This document shows, piece after piece, positions 23,218-34,934 of a stretch of 64,000 nucleotides of DNA. The position numbers and the translations under genes are program-made. The DNA is from Podarcis tiliguerta (Eukaryota): assembly GCA_965153285.1 (NCBI GenBank), contig OZ229111.1, one strand, 5' to 3'. How positions within the stretch are numbered: position 1 is the stretch's first letter; every line of letters begins with the position of its first letter. The notes below the pieces were generated by a model that had not been told where the DNA came from, did not search any database, and saw only the letters and a list, made by a program, of their open reading frames with translations.

Positions 23218-26200
23218 TAAACCTTGAGAGTCTGGAGTTGGAGCCACTGTCACCGCTCATTACCTTTTCTGCTGGATCTCAAAGTATTCCTCTCTCTTCT
23301 GCACTCGGAGAGCCTCCCTCTCCTCTGAAGTGGATTCATAGCTGTAGTAGCACAACAAGAAAGGCCAGACCTCACCACGGATGGAGACATCGATCCCACC
23401 AAAGAAAATAGCCTGGGGAGGAAGGGAGGGAGGGCAGAGGGGAAATGATAAAGAAGTGGCAACAGAGGAAAATGCCACAGTTTCTGAAACTGGACCTCTT
23501 TTGCTCTCCTCCTCTGACAAGTGACGCCTTGAGATTCAGGAGCCCCACAATCTGCACATGTTTAGAGGGAAAGCAGTGCCCCCCCCTTTTCCCAGGGGAG
23601 ACACAAATCAAACTCATTTCAATGTCAATAACCCCCCTGGAGAGGCTATACAATTAACACATTATTCTCATGTCACTGCTTAATCCCCAATCTTGGAAAC
23701 TTCACACTTGGACCCAGACTCACATACCGCCTCCCCCACCCCAAAGCCCTTAATTATTTTAAAGCCAGACAGCCTCAATTGCTTTTATAGGCCTTCACAT
23801 ACTGTGCAAGCACCCCTAGAAATGCTCACTGGTCTTCATGTCCCAAACTGCTGGGCAATCAATGCAGCAACAAACCAGAGATCCAGAGAGTTGCTACGTT
23901 AGCCTGCAGGGAGCTGACAGGTGCTGCCTCCCCGTTGCCAAAGGCTGGGAAGACGTGCAAAGGTTCCTGGAGGCCAAATAAGCACAACTGCTCCACGCTC
24001 CACTTGGGAGACCTTTCTCCAGCAGAGAAAAACATGCCACTGTGTCTTCTCCCTCACCTTCCTCAGCTTGTACTCTTCTTCTACCTGCCCAGCCTCATTT
24101 AGATGATGGAGCCACGCAGAGACATCCAGGCGCTTGTAAGCGTTCTCCTCTGGATGGGTCTCCGAGGAGGGCAGCTTGGGCCTTCGAATGGAGAACTGCA
24201 TGCAGGTCTTCACGTCAGTGAGCTGCTAATTGGGAGACAAAACCAGGACAGAGGGCTAGAGCAATAGCTGCAGGAGCCTGACCTCCCATTCCCATGGCTC
24301 GGACATCTTATACCCAGGTCGCCACAGCGGAAAAAGAAGATGATTTTTGTCTGGAGAGAGACTGTCCTGGGAGGGCGGCAAAGCCTTGGAAGTTTGGGGA
24401 GACTTCCTGCCCAAGCCAGCAAGTGTAATTGGGAGTAATTAAGGATCAGAGCGACATGACGCACTGCTTGGTTCGGCTGGCTGCCTTTCCCACCCTCCCC
24501 TGCCCAAGATCAGAGCTAACACGGCTTGCAGCAATATCGCGAGCCTGCCCAGGAATGCACACAATAAATTACATCTGATTGGCCACATACAAAAGGGCTG
24601 CTGTTACGAAGGAGAGAAGGCAGCGGTGCCAGGCTCTCCGAGGACGCTTGCCATTCCTGGGTGAAAACTGCAGCTGACATTTAATTTAAAAATCAAAAGG
24701 TTACTCAACACAGATGGAAGCCCCCGTGGTACTATAATGAGGGGGAAGCAGCAGGGGAAGAAGTGGGGAGGGGGGCTGGGGAGAAGGAAGGGAATGTAGA
24801 AATCACTGTTTCTAACAAGCATCCCTAGTATCTTTAAACATATAATTACGGCCTTTGCAAGGCCTTTGTGCAGAATGAAGCAAGATATGCCAATAGGCCT
24901 TGTCAAAACATCATTTGAATACAGACGGCTAGAAGTCATAGACTGAACACTCAGCACAAGCCTAATTGCAGAGACAGGATGGGCAAGTCAGGACACTTGC
25001 TGCATCCTGGACTGGAGTTCAGATTCCACCCAATCTGTGGACTCACCCTGTGCTCATACTGGACACATAACGCACAGAAGAGAACCCTGAGAGAATTAGA
25101 TCTGTGGTTTCGCCGTTTATATAAACAGCTGGCCTATTTTATAAGGCTGCCGCAGGCCACAAGAAGCAAAGGAAATGAAACGAGGCCCAAATCTTCCAGT
25201 TGCAGAAGAGGTTTATAAAGGCGAACACTCTGCCCAATAAAGCAAATCCTCCGTTATTTGAAACTCCTGTTTGGCTAAAATTTCTTAACCCAGTGTCACC
25301 TTGCCAGGAGCTTACATAACCTACGTAAGCCTGCTCCTCGTTAATCCCCAATATTGGATTAAACAAATACTTTGGACGGCCCCCTTCTCCAGCAAGAGAA
25401 AGAACAAACCAAGGGAAGTGCATCACCAGTGTCTACAAACCCCTGGCAGCTCTTCAGACAAGCAGGGAAGCTGGCCTGCCAGCAAGAATGGGGCACAGCC
25501 CCACCAACCTCAGAAGAAGAAGAAGAGTTTGGATTTGATATCCCGCTTTATCACTACCCTAGGAAGTCTCAAAGCGGCTAACAATCTCCTTTCCCTTCCT
25601 CCCCCACAACAAACACTCTGTGAGGTGAGTGAGGCTGAGAGACTTCAGATAAGTGTGACTGGCCCAAGGTCACCCAGCAGCTGCATGTGGAGGAGCAGAG
25701 AAGCGAACCCAATTCACCAGATTACGAGTCCACCGCTCTTAACCACTACACCACATTGGCTCTCAGCCAGGCAGCCATCCAGCCCTTACCTGCCTTGCCT
25801 TCTTACTTTCAACCAGTCGAGGGGGAGGAGGAAAGGGATAAAACTAGAATTGGTTGGCTCTGTTACTCATTCATTCACTTATAATAGTATTTATAAACTG
25901 CCCTCCCAGAAAACATCAGCAACGTACAAAAGCCTGTAAAGGCAGTACAAAATAATCTTCTCGATCTTCTTTTTTTAACCTGTCAGCACATACACACAAA
26001 AAATATCTTCAGGAGACGCCTGATATAAAAAGGAAGGCTGTCTGCTGAGTCTCTGCCAGAAGAGTGATCCACAGCATAGACTGGCAGCACTGAATGTTTG
26101 ACTTCTGGATGCGGCCAATTGGGCCTCTGTAGCACAGGGGCACAACTAACCTCCCTCCTCCAGAGTGATATAAGGTATTCTGGACCCAGGTTGCCCAAGG

Positions 26201-29200
26201 CTTTGCATATCAATACAAGAGCTTTGAACCTGGCCTGGTAGGTTAGCTCTGGCTCTATCTACTGTTGGCCTCTGAGCCTTCCAGGGCACTTGCCACCACT
26301 TTTCCAGACATGTCAGAAACAAGAAGAGATGCTGCTCACATTTCTTCATTTCTAGCTAGAAATCCACAGACCACATCTACTAGGGGTGGAGAGGGTGTGT
26401 GGAGGCTCCCCAGGTCTACTCTGGACTTTACAGCTTACCTGGTCTTTGAGATGGGTCTCTGTGCAGTATTTCCATTGCTGAAACACTTCGGAAAGTTTAT
26501 CCAGGCCGCCGTGGTGAAAGTGGAAAATCTTGTACTGACTTTCCCTGCTGGCAACAACCAGCTGCCCACTGGTGCATGCCTCATCACTGAAGGAAAATGG
26601 TGGAGGGACCGGGAAAGAAAAGAGGGAATATGTAGTTAAGAGCACAGTTTACTGGTCGGAACATCTAGGGGGTGGGACGTTGTTCAAAAACAGATAGCGC
26701 AAACAACATTTGTGAGTCCTGCATGCATGTTGCATGGCTGGGCTGAGAATATATACAGCACCCTTCCAAAGAAATGTGAACCGCGCTACACAATCTAATG
26801 CGGTTTAGGCACCTCTCATTGAAGCATATGCTTTCTTAAGACTCAAAAACCAAACCAATTTAGGGAGTGTTTCCAGGAATCAGAAGTCTGTGCCTTGCAT
26901 CGACAGCCATCTTTTTCTACATCATTTCCCAAGCTTCAAGCACCCCAATTCCTTCCTCCTCCATTGCACTCCCCCCCCCTCTCTCTCGGTCCCCCCTTCC
27001 CCATAGAATGTATCTGCAAGGACTGAAATGGCAAGTTCTCTGAAAACTCCAAACTGCAATCAAAATGAATTATGCAAATCATCTGACCTTAGTTTGCATA
27101 ATATATTCTGAGCACATACTTTGCTTCCCCCCTCTCCTCCCCCCCCCACCCCGGGTGTAGAGGTTGCTTTTCATTTTCATTTCGCCCCCTGCAGAGCACA
27201 CACTGCTCTGATTATGAGCTTTCATGGCCCAATTGGCGCTTGTGAGGTCTCACAGTGCAGAGAACACTGCACTTTTCTTGGTACCCAAAAAAAGATTGGG
27301 GTAGGGGGTTTTTTTTTGCTTACATCTGGCAGTACTTACCAGGTTGTTTATGGTAATCAACCAGAGTCCTGGTATGCTAGGCACTGTACAAACAAAAGCA
27401 GTATCAGGTGGAGCAGTGCCCCCCCCCCACAGCCAGTAGATCCTAAGGGCCTGGGCAAAGGAGTCGGCTGCCAAGACCAGTTTGCTTCTCAAATGAACTC
27501 CAGGACTCATGGCGTTAATCAGCAGTGGCTAACCTTTTCCAGCCCAAGGGATGTTCAGCCACATGCCACCAGTGGGTATGGCCAATGTATATACATACAC
27601 ACAAAAATATCCTGCACAGGCAGAGACCACACACTCACACATTCCCCACATAAACAACGCACACTCACCGGACAGGCACAAAGCCCTCTTTCTGTCTTTC
27701 TCACACATACATAAAACACTGAATGTGTTATAATAAATAATATAACCCTCCCCCACAACCAGGAACCCCAGCTTTCCTTTGTAACTCCATGTCCTCTAGT
27801 CCTCATTGTTATTCATACACCACTTGGAACTGCAAAAACCAAAAACAGGAGCTAAATAACAGAGGCGGCTCAAGGACTGAAATGGAGGAAACAAACAAAG
27901 CTAGCTTCTCAAGGGCTTCCAACCTTTCATCGCTTCATGTCAACGTTGTTCCATAAATCAATACACATTTCAGATACAATGGTACCTTGGTTCTCGAACG
28001 GCTTAGTTGTCAAACAAATCAGCTCCCGAATGCTGCAAACCTGGAAGTAAGTGTTCCGGTTTGCGAACGTTTTTCGGAAGCCAAACATCCAATGAGGCTT
28101 CCGCTTGAGTGCAAGAAGCTCCTGCAGCCAATCGGAAGCTGCACCTTGGTTTTCGAACGGTTTCAGGAGTCGAACAGACTCCCGGAAGGGATTAAGTTTG
28201 AGAACCAAGGGACCACTGTATTTAGCTATCTGTGTCTTTGTGGATTCAGGTAGGCAGCCGTGTTGGTCTGATGCAGTCAAAATAAATAAAAAAGATACTG
28301 AAGAAGTGTGCATACCCAGAACAAATGTAGTTGGTCTCTAAGGTGCTACTGGAATTTTTTTTATTTATTTCAACTTTGTATTTGTGGGCAGCAACAGCAG
28401 AAAAATAACCCTCATATTGTATCTGACTGTATGTTGCATTGTTATTGGGGGGTTTCATTGTTAAATTGTGACACATTTGTTGAAAATCTCCCTTGGAATG
28501 ATGTGTACCCGCTATAAAGGCAGGATTTTATTTTTTATTTTTTAAAAGGAAAAACATATAAATAAATAAATGCTGTATAAGTGTAACAGCTGTCATGTTT
28601 ATGAAAATTATATGCAAATCGTGTTAATTTACCTGTGATTAATAGGATAATTAGCCATAGCCCTTCAGCTCTCCCCGTTCTAAATGAAGAGACTTCCTCT
28701 TGTTCCCCGCCCCCCATCCCACTTGGTAGCCTGAAAAGGAGCTGAATTTTATGGAATAGAAGAAATGCATGCTTCCTGTTTACACAGCAAAGACCCTAGA
28801 AAAACGTACGCTCTCAACAGTTACAGGCCCTAAAAATCAGAACCAAAGAGGAAAGAGGATGTGCAAAGAGGCAATTTAGTGAGTGAGCTACAGAATATAC
28901 AAAATATGATGTAAGCAGGAGTGAGGAACCTATGGCTGTCCAGATGTTGTTCAGCTGACATTTTCATTGCCCTCAACCTTCTGCCATGCTGAGGCTGGGG
29001 GTGGGGGTGGGAAGTTGTGAGTCCAACAGGTTCTGGAGGGCCACAGGTTCCCTATGCCTGGTGTATGGCCAATAGAGTGTCTCAAATGCGGTGGGACACA
29101 TGGTTTGGCTTAGTGTTAACATGCCCATGAGGTCTCTGAGTGCGCTTGGTTTAGTCACTATCTAATGCTACCTTACACACTTATCTGTGAGAAGAAAATG

Positions 29201-32200
29201 GGATAATCCCATACATACCGCTCATCTGGGGTGCCAATGTCATAAACACCTTACTGCAACAATTCGGTGCAAAACCACACACTTTAAACTTTAAATACAT
29301 TTTCAGCGGGTTTCTGTAAGTGGGTTCAAAACACTATGGCGAGTGCTGCTGCTTTGGGAAGTGGTTTGAGTTAACTTCCAGAGGCCTTGGTTGCTGAAGC
29401 ACTATGAACAAATATGCCGTAAAAAGGCATGCAGAGGCTTAGGCAAGGGCTTAAAGGCCAGGCTCCATCGCACTGCTCTTTGCCACTGGGAAGGAAGCTC
29501 TTTTTCATGAATTTACATTGAATGTACAGGACTGTACGGACGTACATTTCAGATGCCATAAACTGAGCACGTTCCAAGATTTCCAACTGGTGTATAAAGT
29601 AGGTGCATGCCCATATTTATGTCCCATAATTCAGTGTCAATTTTCATCTATACTATACTATACTATACTATACTATACTATACTATACTATACCCATTAA
29701 AGGTCCAGAGGTAGAGCATGCAATTTGCATAAAAAAGGTCTCACGTTCAACCCCTGGCGTATCCATGTCTAGGAAAGAATCCCCAAAACCCTGGAGGGTT
29801 GCTTCCAATCAATGCAGACATCATCAAGTGGGGTGAGCCAATGATCTGATTAGGTGTAAGGCAATTTCCTTCCTTTTTTTTTTTTTAGTGTTTGTTTTCA
29901 CCTTTCATTTATTTCCTATGCTAAGGCCAATGTTAGAAACTGAGATATGAAAGCTCGGAGCTAAATGGCACACCTTAATCCTAGTTATGGGAGCAACAAT
30001 GGAATGTCTAGGCACGCTTTTTTATAACCAGAATGCAAAGCTGAAAATGAATGAACTGCAGCTAAAACATTATGTTCATTTTTCACATGGTCTAGTCCAG
30101 GCATGGCCAAACTTGGCCCTCCAGATGTTTTGGGACTACAATTCCCATCATTCCTGACCACTGGTCCTGTTAGCTAGGGATGATGGGAGTTGTAGTCCCA
30201 AAACAGCTGGAGGGCCAAGTTTGGCCATGCCTGGTCTAGTCCTTCCCCTGCCCACCCCCCTAATATTCTTACGAGGGTCTCTTCTCCAGTCTTCAGAGAG
30301 TAGCTGGAAGTGGGGAGGCAGAAAAGGGTCCTCCTTTTCTTCCACTCTGCAGTTTTTGTCTGAAATCTTAGGCGCAGTACTGCGCCCAGAGCTCAGAAAC
30401 AGCTCGCGCTAATGAAATTCCCTGTCACAAAATGTGCCTAGAACAATGGGAGTTTCAAACACTGGCTAAGGCTACCTTCCTCCTTTCAGTGTAAAACCAT
30501 TATTTCCTCAAGTTACTCAATGTGTTTTGCCTTGGGGTTTAAGAAACTGCAGCTAACCCATTAACAAAAGGAGTTTCCTTCTGGGTTCATGCTCCAAAAT
30601 GTTTCAGGCTCTCTTAGGTAGCCTGGGGAGTCTGAACAGATCAGGATGGAAAAGTTAGGTTTCCATAAGCTCAGGCATGTTCTCCCAGGGCTCCACAGCT
30701 ACCTGAGCATGAAGAGAAAGAGTGGTGTGTAACCTTCAGCCAGACTGAAAGACTATGTTCGTTCAGTTTGTGTCACAAGAAAATGGTATGTGGCAACAGT
30801 TTTATAATACCTTCACTGCCTCACATTTTAAACCTTTCCTTTGAAACCATGGTACAGTGGTACCTCAGTTTACGAACTTAATCCGTTCTGGAAGTCCACT
30901 CTTAAACCGAAAGCATTCTTAAACCGAGGTGTGCTTTCCCTAATGAGGCCTCCTGCCACCGGTGCCCTTCCATCGTCCGGCTTCCGTTCTTAGACCGAGG
31001 TAAAGTTCGCAAACCGGGACACTACTTCCAGTTTTGCAGAGTTTGTAAACCAAATAGTTCATAAACAGGGCTGTTCTTAAACCGAGGTACCACTGTGGAG
31101 GTGGAGGGGGAAAATTGGAACAGAAGCAAATTCCCAGGCTAGAATTACATATTACCTTGGCAGACATCCATGTTTGCTGAGGTAATGTGTAGCTCCAGCC
31201 TCAGGAAGCCAAGTTTTATGCAAGTTATGGATTCCAAGCTGGGTAGGAAGAGCCACTTGTATGGATATATAGAATCTGGCCTACTACTAAATCACCACAT
31301 TATATATTTTTGCCAGCCCAGTAAAAACCCCTCACAAAAAAGGTGGTGGGAGTGGGAAGAAATAGAGACAGTAAGTCTTGGCTCACTGGTTCAGAATGCA
31401 TAGAGGATGTACAGGTAATCTGTTGTCTGAAAGACGGACGCAGAGGAGCACTCCACCATTCACAAAGAACACCTGATACCATTAGAACTTCCTAGGTGGG
31501 CTTCCACTCAGAGAACAATGAAAGATGGAAATTCACCCTGGTCCTGCTGCCGTGTCACTCTCCTAGGTAACAGGGCAAGGGAAGGCATGTCAGACCATCT
31601 CCAAAGGAATTATCCTACCTGAAAAACAGGCGAAGAGACCGCATCTGTCCCAGGTCGACTCTGAAGACACCACAGATCTGTTCCAAGGCAAACACCTTCT
31701 GTTGCTCATCCCACCGGGAGGTCTGTACTTGAACGTTATTCTCTTGGAACTGGGAGTTGGGATCAAGGCTTGAGTTGGAGCTGGCTGAGCGAGTCATGTG
31801 GCTTTCGCACGGTTCGCTACACCACCATGAGAGAGTGGCACCAAAAGAGGAAGAAAGGCAGGAAAAATTACCTGAAAATTACTAACTGCAAGAGCCAGTG
31901 CGGTATAGGAGCTAGAGGGCTTGATTTTGATGTGGGAAACAGACTCAACCCCACTTGGCTATGAAGCTCACTCTGTGGTGTTGGGCAAGCCATCAACTCA
32001 GTCTAACCTTTATCCATTGCTGCAAGAATAAAACGCTCTGAGCAAAAGAAAAAGAAAGCTGGAAGTATAAAAAAAACAAACGCCAACTGTTTTCATTGAG
32101 CTTCACTTAATCAGAAGGCACAGCATTCCCCAAGTTGCAAAGTGGCATTAGAGAAAAGTCCAAATTTGTGTGCATGTTTTTTCAAGTCAGTAACCCTAAT

Positions 32201-33159
32201 GTCTCATTCTCACTTCAGCAGGTTTATGGATTCCCAACAGGCAACACTGGTTGGCCAACACCAGCTTCAAACCAATGTCTGTGCTTGATTCCCAGATAGG
32301 GCTGGTGAGCAGAGCAGGTAGGTTTCCTCAAAGTGCAACAATGCTGAGAGGACAATATTTAAAAAAAGAGAGAAGCAAGCAATGTTTCAAGCATGCTGGC
32401 CAAAGTGGAAGCAGCTAAAAGGCTTGTGGCTCCTGTGCTGTGAAAGGACTTGGGGAAACCACTTGACTCTGAGTTCCATTTCTGCCAGACCCACTGGGTG
32501 GCCGGGCACTGACCCTCTCTCGACCACAGCTTCCAGTTTGTAAAACAGATGCAGCAGCCTCTCTCGCAGGGCAAAGAAAAAGACCATTAAGCACTTTCTA
32601 CATCAGTGTCAGCCTGTCACATGAACATGTGAATGTAGCAAGCTGCCTTATGCAGAACCAGGCCACTGGTCTATTTAGCTCAGTACTGCAATATTCACCC
32701 TATCAATGGAACCCTGAAGTCCTAAGCAGAGGTCCAGACCTGTTACCAAAGACATTTTGTTGTCGTTGTCATTATTATCACCACCTTTTTCCTCATTGTT
32801 CCAATTTTGTTGTTGTTGTTGTTTTTTGGGGGGACCCATTTTAAAGGCATCACTGTTATCACCTTTACCTCTGCCTGGTCCACAGCATGGATTGTTCCAA
32901 AGTTGTTGGGGGAGAGTCAGCACAGTGAAAAGGCAGAAGCATAATCCTTGTTCTCTCCTCATACAGCCCTAATTTTGAGAAGCTTGCAGATGATAGTCAG
33001 CCTTAAACATCATACCAGTATGAGCCAGTATTGTTCAAGCACGAGTCAAGCTCATTTTATGCATTTTTCATGTATTTTCCTTGTGTTTGTATTCTATTCT
33101 TTTCCATTCCCTAAAGATCTTTTTTTTAAAAACAACACTCGCCAGCCAGAATTAAGAAT

Positions 33160-33237
<78 letters not shown>

Positions 33238-34881
33238 TATATCTGTGCATGTATGACTGGCTGTAGTAATTCAAAATTATTTCTGCGTTCAGTTATCTTT
33301 ATTTTCCAGCTCTATTCTACAGCAACAAACCAGCAAAAGGGGGAACATAACAACCAAGACTTAACTGTGTCCAGAAAAGAAGAGAGTTTTCCAAACATTT
33401 TTTGTGAACCAAAAACAAAACAAAATCAACACCTGAACAGATTTTTTCCATATTTGAAACATTTTATGTTCCCATCTCTTTTCTTTTTCTGCTCTTTTGC
33501 AGTCAACAGCTTTTTAGTGCTAAGCCACACCTTTGGCAGTAGGAACCTTCTCAAATTCCAAAAGTGCCCCCCAGACCCAAAGAGGTTGGCGACCATTGCT
33601 CTAAAATCTCTTCCCAAGCAGGCCTCTTCTATTTATACAAATATACCTCAAATGGCTTGCATACAAACAGTAGTATGGATAGCTCAGTTGGTTAGAGCGT
33701 GGTGCTGATAATGCCAAGGTTACAGGTTCGATCCCCGTATGAGACAGCTGCATATTCCTGCATTGAAGAGGGCTGGACTAGATGACACTCAGGGTCCCTT
33801 CTAACTCTACGATTCTATGATTCTACTGGCTGTTCTGTGGTAGAAAAAGAACCTTCGAAGGGAAAGGGCTTTAGGTCCTTTAATCACAGAGAAATGTTTG
33901 GTAGTGACATTGGCCACATTTCTCCAGAAATAACAGGAATGAAATTCCATAGTCTGCATGTATACATTCTGCAGACAAAAACCACCTACTTCCCATCACA
34001 TCTCAAACTGAAATATATGCAAATCAGAAGACACACTAACCCTTTAGAGGAACCATTTCAAATGTAAGAATAACTCCCTGCTTATATCGTGGCATATTTC
34101 CCTCAAACGAATAGTCAAGGAACAGGATTTCAGCACCCTTACTCTAGGAATGCAAAATACGATGCCACATAGAAACTCAGCTGGTAGCATCACACATCTC
34201 ATTTTTAGACAAAGTGGCTGCACAGCTGTTTAACCACAAAATACTAGGGACAACAAGCCAGACAAAGCTTTTCGGCATGTTAAGCAACTGAACTCAGGAG
34301 ATATATTGCCCCCCAAATAGGGTCCGGATTTCAGAAAGTAACTCCTTCCCTCCCCTATGAAACCATCCTCCCTCCTGCCCCAAGAAAAACAGCAGTGCTC
34401 TGGGAAATAAGTGAATCTGAAACTGTGACCTCTGAGATCTTGAAAAGGCCAATCCATTTGAACAGCCTGAATGGGCTCTACTGTGAAATCATGGTTTGCA
34501 AAACAAGGCAAGGAGCAGGTATAAAAGCAGCCCCCTGAAAAGCCACTTTATGCAGTGTTTTCTAATCCGCTTATTGAACAATGTAGGCACTGAACGCTGA
34601 AGAAATCACACACTCAGCATGCCTGTGCAGAACATCCCCACCAGCATGCTTTCCTATCCTGAAAACAGTACCCCCCCCCCAAACCAGGGCCACAGACTGA
34701 ACTAGACCACTGGAAGAGCCTTATTTTTAGCATTCACCAGTGGTTTGGGTCATTGCATTCCAATACACATTCCCTAGACAGCCAAGCTGAGGGCTCCATT
34801 GTTAACAGAGCCCCCTCCCTTGATGTGCAGGAGAGACCAAGTTCAGCAATACAGCTTGAAGTCAGTTTCTCTGTCTGTGTA

Positions 34882-34934
<53 letters not shown>

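Noticed and set aside
23413-23445. G-quadruplex-like G-runs next to exon 7
   Set aside because: Simply the complement of the exon 7 polypyrimidine tract.
25301-25939. 212-aa plus-strand ORF (and the similar 58159-58593 ORF)
   Set aside because: Largely the antisense reading of a Squam3-type SINE.
27121-27714. 197-aa plus-strand ORF
   Set aside because: Non-ATG start, low complexity, no homology I can recognise.
30090-30097. CTAG-centred 8-bp TSDs across several hAT elements as a novel preference
   Set aside because: Well-known hAT-Charlie/Buster target signature.
33673-33745. Functional tRNA-Ile gene (also the tRNA-Lys-like sequence at 11075-11150)
   Set aside because: Acceptor stems do not pair, there is no oligo-T terminator, and both run straight into a CR1 tail; these are SINE heads.
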